The notes under the pieces were generated by a model that made no database searches, was not told the origin of the DNA, and saw nothing but the letters and a program-made list of their open reading frames with translations. A DNA stretch of 64,000 nucleotides from Eledone cirrhosa (taxonomy: Eukaryota). Position 1 is the stretch's first letter. Each line of letters begins with the position of its first letter. Position numbers and translations under genes: made by a program. Location: contig OZ024754.1 of NCBI GenBank assembly GCA_964016885.1, forward strand, positions 30,504,001 to 30,568,000. The letters run 5' to 3'. Of the stretch, positions 12,108 to 24,238 are shown piece after piece.

Positions 12108-12588
12108 TCTAAACTATAATAAAGTAAGGAGTGTGGGACTGCGTCCAGAATATATTTTTTTATCCCATTTGTAAAATAACTTGGATTACTTTGAATAAAT
12201 AATTAATGAATATTACATAATTAATCTACTAAATTTCGTTATTCTTGATCAAATATAAATAATTTTGTCACTTATTTTAAGATTCACTTCTTTAAAATTT
12301 TCAAATGTCAACACTTCCGGTTAGCGATCGCTTAAATAAGCATTCATATATTTCTGTCACTAATTTTCTCCTAATGCAGTTTATATATAATATCGTCTTT
12401 TTAAAATGTATCATGTATTACGTTACTGATTACATAAGACAGTATAACGCAGTCTTTGTTCAATTTCTGTGTATATTGTCAATTATGATTTTATTTGATG
12501 TATCATATCTACATGCATATATACTTGCATATAATATCAATATACACATGCTAGCAGAAAACCACCCCTAGGGTGGTTTTTCTGCTAG
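12108..12588 (+). mobile_element. Non-autonomous Helitron (family H1)
   Basis: A|TCTAAACTATAATAAAG 5' end; 3' palindrome CTAGCAGAAAACCACCC-cta-GGGTGGTTTTTCTGCTAG|T; second copy at 48507-48989. Confidence 0.8.
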
Positions 12589-12689
12589 TTATATCTAATG
12601 AAAACACAGATTAGATTGGAACCCAAAACGTCAACATAATAGTCTGAGAAAAGCATCATCATCATCAGCAACAGCATGGATCATATTAA

Positions 12690-12955
12690 ATCACATAAGT
12701 ACCAAACCAAACATCTGCCCTAAATTATAACCTTTAAAAAAAAACCCACTGTCCCACACACCACTCAATTTGTACATCGTTGGCCATAATGAATGTCACA
12801 AGTACCAATCCAAGCCTCTGCTCTGAATTTTAACCTCTTTAAAATCACCACACACCACTCAATGTGCACGTCTTTGGCCATGATAAATTTCACAAGTACC
12901 AATCCAAGCCTCTACTCTGAATTTTAACCTCTTTGAAACCACCACACACCCCTCA
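12690..12955. repeat. Degenerate ~95-100 bp tandem repeat, ~2.7 copies
   Basis: caagtaccaatccaagcctct..gaattttaacctcttt..accacacaccactcaat repeated. Confidence 0.75.
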
Positions 12956-13062
12956 CTAACACATGACAGTCGACGATACAATCAATAAAGATCCTAAATG
13001 AAATTTATTTCCTCTTGAGATATTGAATAGATCCTCATTTAGCACTCCAGTACTTACAATGA

Positions 13063-13656
<594 letters not shown>

Positions 13657-13681
13657 ACCATAGAAAAGTGGATGTAAAAAC

Positions 13682-13717
<36 letters not shown>

Positions 13718-13825
13718 ATATATTGTTGAGTACCAGTGGTGAATACACTGGATGTATTATATTGGGTTATGGAAGAATCCTTACATATCTGACAGATCAT
13801 ATCTGCCAGGCATAATAATGGTAGA

Positions 13826-14672
13826 CCATCATCATTGTCCTTACCATCACCATCACCATCATCATTACCATCATCATCATCACCATCACCATCATCATTA
13901 CCATCATCATCATCACCATCACCATCATCATTACCATCATCATTGTCATTATCATTGTCATTATCATTGTCATCATCATCACCATCATCGTTACCATCAT
14001 CATCATCATCATCATCATTATCATCATTATCATCACCACCACCATCATCATCATTACTATTATCATTGTCATTATCATTGTCATCATCACCATCATCATC
14101 ATCATCATCATCATCATTACCATCATCATCATTATCATCACCACCACCATTATCATTGCCATCATCATTGTCCTCATCACTGTCATCATCATTGTCATCA
14201 TCATTGTCATTATCATTGTCATCATCACCATCATCATCATCATCATTATCATCATCATCATTATCATCACCACCACCATCACCACCACCATCATCATTGC
14301 CATCATCATTGTCATTATCATTGTCACTATCATTGTCATCATCACCACCATCATTATCATCACCATCATCAGCATTATCATCGCCATCATCATCATCATT
14401 GTCACTATCATTGTCACTATCATTGTCATCATCACCATCATCATTATCATCACCATCATCAGCATTATCATCGCCATCATCATCATCATTGTCACTATCA
14501 TTGTCACTATCATTGTCATCATCACCATCATCATTATCATCACCATCATCAGCATTATCATCGCCATCATCATCATCATTGTCACTATCATTGTCACTAT
14601 CATTGTCATCATCACCATCATCAGCATTATCATCACCATCATCAGCATTATCATCGCCATCATCATCATCAT
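13826..14672. repeat. (CAT)n-derived compound repeat with 90-bp higher-order unit
   Basis: gtcactatcattgtcactatcattgtc at 14401, 14491, 14581. Confidence 0.95.
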
Positions 14673-14784
14673 TAACACTATCGTCATTGCTGGAATTTTA
14701 TACCAAAGACGACTGAGAAGGTAATTATTGCAGCTTAAAGATGACAATGGTGGGAGATACAGTAGAAATGATGGTAATAATAAA

Positions 14785-15035
14785 AATAATAATTGTTTCT
14801 ACTTTTGGCACAAGGCCAGCAATTACCCCAGTACATTACTGGTACTTTATTTTATCGACCCCGTAAGGATGAAAGGCAAGGATAACCTCGGCGGGTTAAC
14901 TTTGCCGTTCATCCTTATAATGGTTTCTTATATAGGCACAAGGCCAGCAATTTTGAGGGAGGGGAAAGTCGATTAAATCAACCCCAGTGCATTACTGGTA
15001 CTTTATTTTATCAACCCCGTAAGGATGACAGGCAA
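14785..15035 (-). mobile_element. SINE family B fragments with a short fold-back junction
   Basis: Two partial minus-strand copies; 14865-14920 contains aaggatgaaaggcaaggataacc...ggttaactttgccgttcatcctt inverted pair. Confidence 0.8.
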
Positions 15036-15044
15036 ACCTTGGCT

Positions 15045-15270
15045 AACAGCTAGATACAAAACCAAATCCAGGACTTACAAACATGTACAGCATACAGAAA
15101 ATAATTGCCCTAGTAGGCACTGCACAAATATTATGAAGAATGCTCTCAATACAATAGAAATAACTACAGCAAAAAACAAAGCTGCACATACCCAAGGCAC
15201 ACAGAGCTGTGCTCGGTAATGCAGTAACAACATGCAATAAAAGTAAGAATAATAGTAATAATAATTATTT
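15045..15270 (+). mobile_element. R4/Dong-like LINE extreme 3' end
   Basis: IQKI..LVGTAQIL*RMLSIQ* resembles the LMGTAHTLRKILSI* end at 47865; followed by TAA-type repeats. Confidence 0.55.
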
Positions 15271-15635
15271 CTTTATAATAGTAATAATAATAACAATAAC
15301 AACAATATTAATAATGGTAATGAGGATGATGATGAGAATGATAAGAGTTAACGTGGTAATGAGAATTATAATGAAATAATATGGTGATAATATTGCTAAT
15401 TAAACTGTAACGATGATCATTAAAATGATGACAATAAAGCTGATGATGATGATGGTTTTTGTGGGAGAGGTGTGTGTTGTTGATAATCTTGTTCATAGAA
15501 GCAACAGATGGGGGAGTTTATAGCGTTAACGACTCTAACGATGTTGGCATTGATTATATTAGTGGAGCTGAAGATGTTTTGGGTGGTTTAATTTACATCA
15601 CTATCACTCTCTTGCTATGTAGCTTTCTCTCTTTC

Positions 15636-15693
<58 letters not shown>

Positions 15694-15824
15694 ACTCTTT
15701 CTCTCTCTCCCTGTTTCACTCTTTCTCTTTCTCCATTTCTCTCACCCTGCCTCTTTTCCATCGTTCCTTAAAATATGTGGAAGTATATTTAGAAATGCAT
15801 ACATATATTCATGAATATATCCTA

Positions 15825-15909
<85 letters not shown>

Positions 15910-16504
15910 AGATATTATATATATATATATATATGTATAGATATTATATATATATATATATGTATAGATATTATATATATATATATATATATGTATAGAT
16001 ATTATATATATATATATATATATTGTATATATATATAATATATATAGTATATATATGCACATCTCATAGGCTTGATTAAACAACATTTGTAAACTAGGAA
16101 ATAGTATAGATTTTTATTTTTCACAAATTAATGTACATTTTTTTGTGATGGCAGCCATTAGTTTTGGTATATGCATACATTATTCTAAGAATTTTGATGT
16201 GCAAATAAAGTTGTTCCTACATCTGTTGCACAAAACTTGAAAACTAAGCATATAAATGGCATATGGCCAAGGACCTAATAGTTCACCTGAACCTTGCTAA
16301 GTGCCATAGACTAAATCTCCTCTAACTTGTCAGTCCATGGTTTAATAGTTCATGTTACCTGGCTGGGAGTACCATTCCATTTATTACGTTTTCTCTAACA
16401 TGTCTGTCAATGACCTAATATTTCACATGACTTAGCTAAGTAATAGTATCCCATTCAATGCACCCTCTCCATCATGTCAGCCCTTGGTTATCATTAGAAT
16501 TTCA

Positions 16505-16775
16505 TTCTTGATTATCCTAGTGGAGGCACAATTTTCCAGCAGGAGACTTAATTATCCCAGTAAAGGCACAGTCTTTTAAGGAATAAATTGATGATCTTAA
16601 TGGAGGCACAGTTTTCCAGCATGTGGCTTCATTATCCCTGTGGAGGCAACTTAATTATCTCAGTGGATATACAGTTTTCCAACATTTCACTTCATTATCC
16701 CCCATGGAGGCACAGTCTTTTGAGGGGCAACTTGATCATCTCAGTGAAAGTGCAGTCTTCCAGCATATGACTTCT
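16505..16775. repeat. Degenerate ~25-40 bp tandem repeat
   Basis: attatcc..tggaggcacagttttccagca recurs ~7 times. Confidence 0.7.
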
Positions 16776-17227
16776 AAGAATATTTAAGGATCTTTTGTCC
16801 TTTAGATGCTCCATCTAATTAGTTCCCCCACATAGTTTTGAAATCAATTCATGTGAAGCAACTGCCTAATCTCTGTGTAACAATTACATTTTTCCAATAA
16901 TCAAACATCATTACATTTTTAGGTGATAACAGATGATTGCGCTCTCAGCAGATTGGTTGTCTTTGTGGATTTGGATCATATATACAATGGATACTTATCT
17001 GTACAGATCGAATACAGGATTAACTAAGACTGCATGAATGTGTATAAAAATATATACATTGAGTATATAAATATGCAAAATGTCAAATTTATGTATTTCC
17101 CACTTGACTGAAACAAAATGATGAACATACTCATGAAGTATATACACATGTAAACATGTAAAATTTATGTAGTTCCTTGTAGATTTAGAACAAATAAAAA
17201 AAAACAATGATGAACATGCATGATTGT

Positions 17228-17637
17228 GTTGGTGCCATAACAAAAAAGCACCTAGTCTATTTTGTAAAGTGATCATATAGGTGCTTCAACAAAAAGCATG
17301 TATTCAACCCGGCAAGCTGGTAGCGATGGTGCCATAAAAAGAAAAGAGCACCCAGTCCATCCTGTAAAGCAGTCATATGAATGCCATGACAAAAAGCACC
17401 TAGTCCACTCCTTAAGGTGGTAATGTTGGTGCCACGAAAAAAGCCCCCACTCTATACTGTAAGGTGTTTGGCATTAGGAAGGACATCCAGCCATAGAAAA
17501 CCAAACTGAAAATAGAATGTATGAGCAAGATGTGGTCATCTGACCTGTCTGGCCTCATTAAAGGACAGTCTGTCTAACCCATGCATACATTGAAAATAGA
17601 TGTTAATGGGTGTTGATGATGATGATGATGATGATGA
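17228..17637 (+). mobile_element. Non-autonomous bipartite RTE-derived element
   Basis: ~5 tandem ggtgcca..aaaaagcacc(c/t)agtc..tgtaaag modules (like RTE-B 5' UTR 28220-28290), then ttaggaaggacatccagccatagaaa and an RTE tail gtctaacccatgc..(TGA)n. Confidence 0.7.
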
Positions 17638-17727
17638 TACACACATGCACATATATGCACACACATACAAGTCTGTATCACATGTGCATTGTATATTCAT
17701 TGCAAGTATGTAATGCATCACTTAGAA

Positions 17728-17752
17728 CCACACACACACATGCATACACATG

Positions 17753-17785
<33 letters not shown>

Positions 17786-17909
17786 TTATATATATATATA
17801 CACACATGCACACACACATATATATATATATTTATATATATATACACACATGCACACAAATATATATATATATACACACATGCATACACATGCACACACA
17901 CACACACAT

Positions 17910-17955
<46 letters not shown>

Positions 17956-17965
17956 GCACACACAC

Positions 17966-17999
<34 letters not shown>

Positions 18000-18021
18000 A
18001 TATACACACATGCACACACAC

Positions 18022-18052
<31 letters not shown>

Positions 18053-18230
18053 CACACATGCACACAAATATATATATATATACACACATGCACACAAATA
18101 TATATATATATATATACACACATGCATACACATGCACACACACACATACACATATATATATATATATATTTATTTATATATATATACACACATGCACACA
18201 AATATATATATATATACACACATGCATAAA
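17728..18230. repeat. Compound CA/TA microsatellite with higher-order repeats
   Basis: tacacacatgcacaca..(ta)n unit repeated more than 10 times. Confidence 0.9.
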
Positions 18231-18804
18231 TGTGTAGAAACAGTTTATCTCACATGCATGTGAATATGTTCATAAGTGTACATTAACTGTAAGAATATAA
18301 TGCAGCATGTAGAACCAACTGCACAAATAAGTGCCAAGGATTCAGTCATTAAACACTTCAGCCCCTAAAATAAGAAACTCAGGAATTCTAATCAATCACT
18401 CCTTCATGTTATTGGAAATTAAGAGATCAATATTAGATATCAATACAGTTTATATCCAATTTCTGTACCTTTAGATATATTAAATCCTCTCTTTTTTTTT
18501 CTCTCTCATTTTCTTTCTATCTTACAGATACATATTCATGCACCTATACATATATGCATACATATATACACATATACTTGCAATTATGTCCATATATGTA
18601 TATAGATATATATGTGTCTATATATATAATTCATGCACATACACACACAAACACATATATCGGTCGCTGTCTTCAATTTGCAAAGCTGTCTAAACGTAAT
18701 GTTATAACTCTAGGGTAATATACCTATTGAGTGCTTAGCTGCACACCGAGATTGCATTCGTTAGCTTGGCTGCAACCAGAGCTTCGATGATGCTGTACTA
18801 AATT

Positions 18805-18848
<44 letters not shown>

Positions 18849-18852
18849 GCGT

Positions 18853-19132
18853 GGAAGTGTGTAGCCTAGTGGTAAGGGTGTTGGACTTACAATCATAGTG
18901 TCGTGGGTTCAATTCCTGGACTGGGTTGCGTGTTGTGTTCTTGAGCAAAACACTTCATTTCATGTTGCTCCAGTATACTCAGCTGAAAATCAGTACCAGC
19001 AACAGCTGGGGGTTTAACCCTGCGATGGACTGGCATCCTCTCCAGGGGGAAGTCTTGTACTCTCAGTCACTCACGCCATGAAGCCGGGATAAGCACCGGC
19101 CTAACGAACCTTCTGGTTTAAGACAGACTTTC
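18853..19132 (+). mobile_element. tRNA-headed SINE family C (CORE-like + V-domain-like body)
   Basis: TAGCCTAGTGG A box, GGTTCAATTCC B box, tgttcttgagcaaaacactt CORE-like motif, then ccctgcgatggactggcatcctctccaggg (V-SINE-like). Confidence 0.8.
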
Positions 19133-19168
<36 letters not shown>

Positions 19169-19174
<6 letters not shown>

Positions 19175-19269
19175 GTCCCCAGAAAATGTATACACAATTC
19201 AACAACATTGTAATAAATATTGCCTGTACAGGTAATCAAAGTCTGTATACATTTTTTGGGGACACTCTG
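19169..19269. mobile_element. Tc1/mariner-like MITE (longer copy of 1883-1955 family)
   Basis: agggtgtccccagaaaatgtatacaca / tgtatacattttttggggacactctg. Confidence 0.8.
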
Positions 19270-19285
19270 TATATACATACAAATA

Positions 19286-19509
19286 TAGGGTGAGTCATAA
19301 GTAATCGGGCAGTCAATGCATTTTTATTGCAAGGTTCACAGAATAACGTTTTGAACATCCACTTATTTGTGTGTGATCAGCCATAGTTATATTTTTAACT
19401 ACTTTTGTTTGATATATCTATAATTTCGTAGTGTATGACAAGACTTTTAGTAACTATTACCATTTGGAATATAAATGTTGGACTGCCCAGTTACTTATAA
19501 CTCATCCAG
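19286..19509. mobile_element. Second mariner-like MITE
   Basis: TIRs agggtgagtcataagtaatcgggcagtc / gactgcccagttacttataactcatccag, TA flanks. Confidence 0.75.
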
Positions 19510-19890
19510 TATATTCTTAAGTAATTTCCGCAGCCCTGTTGATTACCATTCCATTCGTAGGTAGCGATTATTTTCTATTGTAGAAGCATAAACACTGAAC
19601 ACATTCATGCTTCGATCTCCATTTCTTTTTGGATTGAAATACATCTGTATAGGCCTTAAGAATCTGCTTTCACTATCTTTATATAAGTTCATTGCTTGCC
19701 TGCCTGCTGTCTTATACCTTTTATATCTATATATGTACACATAGTCTTGGATATGTTTATCTAGGTAATATTAACTGATGTGTATGTTCTCACTGGTTCT
19801 TTTCACAACTGTTTTGTCACCGAGTGATTGCCAGACAATATGATCAATATTACTGTATATTGATCAAACTTATCCCTATATCTATCTATA

Positions 19891-20092
19891 TCATCATCAT
19901 CAGCAGCATCACTGTTTAATGTCCATTTTTCCTCACTGCCATGGGTTAGACGAGTTATTCTGTTGTGAGCAATACCAAGTCAAGTGACCTTGTCTTGCTC
20001 ATACAGAACTGATTTTGGCTTGGTTTCTACAGCTGGACGTCCTTCCTAGCACCAACCTCATTTACAGTGAGTACTGGGTGCTTTTTGTCGTG
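19891..20092 (-). mobile_element. 3' half of SINE A variant (as 4116-4541)
   Basis: catgggttagacgag..gaccttgtcttgctcatacagaactgattttggcttgg..accaacctcatttacagtgag. Confidence 0.8.
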
Positions 20093-20132
20093 ACTATATA
20101 TATATGTATACGTATATGTGTGTATATATATA

Positions 20133-20302
20133 TAATAAATACAAAGACCAAAATCCAAAGCGGACTTGATAAGGGTTGTATATATATATAAGTATTTATA
20201 AATATTTATTATTAGTATAGATTAAATATCTATAATAGTTTCAAGTGATCCTTGGGTGAAAGCAGAAATTCTTTGCTTAAACATTTAATCTGTACTAATG
20301 AT
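20133..20302. mobile_element. Family P2 copy with internal inversion
   Basis: aaagaccaaaatccaaagcggacttgataaggg; inverted pair attattagtatagattaaat / atttaatctgtactaatgat. Confidence 0.6.
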
Positions 20303-20314
20303 ATATATATATAT

Positions 20315-20447
20315 TTGGCACAAGGCAAGCAATTATCCCAGTGCATTACTGGTACTTTATTTCATTGCCCTGTAAGGATGAAAGGCAAAGTTAACCTCGA
20401 TGGGATTTGTCCTCAGACCGTAAAAGGCCGTAACTCTATGCGGCAAT
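20315..20447 (-). mobile_element. SINE family B partial copy
   Basis: cagtgcattactggtactttat..aaggatgaaaggcaaagttaacctc. Confidence 0.85.
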
Positions 20448-21014
20448 CCATAATAATGAAGTACAAGTCAACAGGTTAGAATTTACTTCACTTATTCATT
20501 AGGAGGGGCGCAAAAGGGGAGGGAGATAGATATGTAGTTATAAGTGTATGTGGTGGTCAGGGCACTGAGTAAGGGATAGGTGTGGCTGATTAGTGTATGG
20601 GGGAAAGGATGTAGTGGTGTGAGGGCTGTGGTCAATAGATTGCAGAGTGATGGAGATATAGGTAAGGGGGTAAGAGTAGGGGGAACTGATTTGTGTATGG
20701 GGAGATGGGATGTAGTGGTGTGGGGGATGGGGTTGATAGAGTTGGAAGAGGCGTGATCGATAGACAGACATGCGGAGGGGGGATGTATGTATATGTAAGT
20801 ATGCATTTATGTAAGTATATATATATATATATGTATGTATGCATTTGTGTATGTTTGTATGCATGTATGCATGTATGTGTGTTAGTATGTACACATGTAT
20901 GTATGTGTGTTTGTATGTATGAATATATGTATGTATGTATGATTGTATGCATGTATGTATGCATGTATGTATGAATGTTTGTATGAATGTTTGTATGTAT
21001 GAATGTATGTATGT

Positions 21015-21519
21015 CATCTCTTTCTCTTAATTTCGAGTATATTTTTTTTGACTGGCCACCTTCCTGGTGGCAAGGTTGTAAAAGAAAAGAAATTGTCATC
21101 TCCTGAATCGCAAGAATGTTTTGTAAATTTTGAAGGTGCCAGCTATCGCAGCCATTTGTAGACTATGAATTAGGGAGCTGCGCTTTTTGTCCGCAAATCC
21201 AAGTTCAGTCATACTTTGGTCCAAGCGGGTTGGTATATAACCCGTAGCTCCAATAATGATGGGTATGAAGCTAAAGGTGTATCTTGGATACTGGATTTGT
21301 AAACTCCTCATCAATGGTCCGTAAATGTCCTCCTTCTCCTGTATTTTTCTGACAACGTTTACATCAAGTGGGCAGCTGATCTCCACAACAGAACACGTTT
21401 TCAATGTGTGGTCCCAAACAACAATATCAGGCCGGTTGTGCTTTAATTTGGTGGCAGTTTTTATTTTCAGGTTCCACCAGTATTCCTTAGTGTCATCTGT
21501 CTCAATATATTCTTCCTCG
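21015..21519 (-). mobile_element. 5'-truncated REL-endonuclease LINE (R4/Dong/NeSL-like) inside (TACA)n
   Basis: WWNLKIKTATKLKHNRPDIVVWD..VVEISCP..KIQEKEDIY..PIIIGATG (PD-(D/E)xK restriction-like endonuclease), open to the stop at 21096; TACA repeats on both sides. Confidence 0.9.
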
Positions 21520-21718
21520 TATGTATGTATGTATATATGTATGTATGTATGAATGTATGTATGTATAACATCTGTAAGCAATATTTGATATGTATGAAGT
21601 AAATTTAGACATGTGAACAAAATTGAGAAAGAATTCAGTGAAAGCAAAATGAAATAAAAAAAAATGTTTAAACTTCAAATATATAACAGCAGCAAAAAAT
21701 TTACCATTATTGAGCATA

Positions 21719-21836
<118 letters not shown>

Positions 21837-21927
21837 AGAAAAGGAGGGGATGTGAGAGAAAGAGACATTTGCATAATGTTTGACAAATTACAGAGATAAG
21901 ATCTCCTTTAAGAGCTTATTCCTAACA

Positions 21928-22207
21928 TAACATCACCATCGTCATCATCATCATCACCTTCACCATCGTCATCATCATCATCACCTTCACCATCATCAAC
22001 ATCATCACCTTCACCACTTTCATCGCCATCATTACCATCATCATCCCCATCACCACCACCACCACTTTCATTATCGCCATCACCATCTTCATCACCATCA
22101 TTGTCACTAGCATCACCATCACCATCATCATTACTATCATCACCATCATCATCCTTATAAGAGCGTCAACAACAACAACAACAACAACAACTACTACAAT
22201 AATAATG
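21928..22207. repeat. (CAT/CAC/CAA)n repeat
   Basis: Trinucleotide runs. Confidence 0.9.
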
Positions 22208-22517
22208 CCACCACAACAAATACTGTTTTTCCTTCCTTTCTTCCACAATCTGTCATGATGTAAAAAACCCCAGGAATTTCCACCATCTTGTATTGTCACT
22301 ACTTCATTAGAGACTGAAGGATTATGGTGGATTTTCATCAGCTTATTGCAATATCAAACCAATTAAAAACTGGACGTTTTGGCAAACTATTTCAATGAAT
22401 AAATCACGTTTTTGCATAGAAATTCCAGTACTTTTATTTTTATTTCATTTTCAAATTTTATTTCTGCTGTTTTCTTCATATTATTTTCATTTATTTCGAT
22501 ATTTCTATATTGTCTGC

Positions 22518-22560
<43 letters not shown>

Positions 22561-22695
22561 CTGACTAAATGGTGTGCATGTTTAGTACAACTGTAGTTAT
22601 TTCAGAAAAAGGAAGTTAAAACTATTATCTTCATCATCATCTTGTACTTTTTGTAGGGGTTGCTGGACTTGTCTAATCTATATTACAATGTAACC

Positions 22696-22742
<47 letters not shown>

Positions 22743-22892
22743 CAGAGAGGGAGAGAGAGGGAGGGAGGAAGGTAAAAACTGACTGTGGCACCTAGTGGCT
22801 TCGGCTTGTATTCGGCAAGCCTTCCTCTATACCCACTCCAATGCATAGAGTATTCCCCTCATTTGTGGTTTTTCTGGCCTCAGCACTGCACA

Positions 22893-22966
<74 letters not shown>

Positions 22967-22971
22967 GTATA

Positions 22972-23009
<38 letters not shown>

Positions 23010-23023
23010 TGTATATATATATA

Positions 23024-23108
23024 TAGTAATAATAATAAATTTGAAGACTAAAATCCAAAGAGGGCTCGATTCTTTGCTTAAACTTTAATCTGTTATTTTA
23101 ATAAATAT
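23024..23108. mobile_element. Family P2 copy with internal inversion
   Basis: tgaagactaaaatccaaagagggctcga joined to ttctttgcttaaac..gttattttaataaatat, which is inverted relative to 41790-41828. Confidence 0.65.
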
Positions 23109-23121
23109 ATATCTATATATC

Positions 23122-23195
<74 letters not shown>

Positions 23196-23196
23196 T

Positions 23197-23539
23197 GGAG
23201 GCACATGGCTTAGTGGTTAGAGCATTGGTATTGGCATTGAAAGGTTGTGAGTTCAATTCTCAGACCGGATGATGTGTTGTTTCCTTGAGCAAGACACTTT
23301 ATTTCACATTGCTCCAGTTTACTCAGCTGTAGAAATGAGATGATAGGGACTGGGGTCCTTATCATTCCACTGCAAAGTGGTCGTGGAGGTGTCACGGAAA
23401 AAAAGCACCCAGCACTCACTGTAAATGAGGTTGGTGTCAGGAAGGGCATCCAGCTGTAGAAATCAAGCCAGAATCAGTTCCCGTCCCACCCTTGCAAGCA
23501 GGGAAAAGGGGACGTAAAATGAAATGATGATGATGATGA
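23197..23539 (+). mobile_element. SINE family A full copy
   Basis: Reverse complement of 571-919. Confidence 0.9.
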
Positions 23540-23821
23540 TATATATATATATGTTGAACAATGAAAACAAAAGCAAAGTTTAGTGCTTAATTAGTTGATT
23601 GTTTTACGATCGTTTCAGAAGGTTGATTGATCATGATAAACCAGTATAGTGGCTAATTGATAGGAGTTATATAACTCAACATTATTAGTCTGATACTACA
23701 GATCCATCTCACAGTTTTCAATGAATGTAATGAAACATGATGAAAGCCTACTATAACAATAGCTCTCATCACGAGATCTCATTGTAATTAAAAACGATGA
23801 AGTTTCATTGATGTTTTTATG

Positions 23822-24023
23822 GAGTATCAACCTGTTACAGGTGTTTCACAGATGCTAGACTCAAGGTCACCTACAGAAGCTACGGATCCGACTCCAATTG
23901 ATTTGGTTGTCAGACTTATTGACTCAATACTCAATGAGCAGATCAATGCTGGAGTTGGGTCCATAGCTTCCATATATGAGCTTGAGCCAATCATTTGTGA
24001 AACATGTGTAACAGGTTGATGCT

Positions 24024-24024
<1 letters not shown>
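23822..24024. repeat. ~200-bp imperfect palindrome (long hairpin)
   Basis: gagtatcaacctgttacaggtgtttcacagatg... pairs with ...catttgtgaaacatgtgtaacaggttgatgctc over ~85 bp arms. Confidence 0.9.
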
Positions 24025-24067
<43 letters not shown>

Positions 24068-24238
24068 TCAAAGAAATCGTTTCTCTCACTATCTAACATA
24101 TTAGTGTGTACTCTCTTTTCCTTTTTGGTTGGTATCTTAATGATGCAAGCATTGAGTGAGTGTGAAAATGGTTGGAGATACATCTGTTCTTTCAATGACT
24201 TCATTTCAATAATATATATATATGTACATACTTACATA

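Noticed and set aside
13752-14747. His-rich, Ser-rich and Met-rich 300-aa ORFs
   Set aside because: Alternative frames of a (CAT)n repeat; no splice or domain evidence.
16923-17027. Possible terminal exon (VITDDCALSRLVVFVDLDHIYNGY...)
   Set aside because: Short, no homology recognised, no linked exons.
23197-23270. tRNA gene
   Set aside because: A and B boxes present, but the acceptor stem does not close, the anticodon region varies between copies and it continues into a SINE body.
24104-24238. Signal-peptide-like N-terminus on the 1045-aa RT ORF
   Set aside because: Flanking DNA including a TA run fortuitously in frame with a 5'-truncated LINE; non-ATG start.
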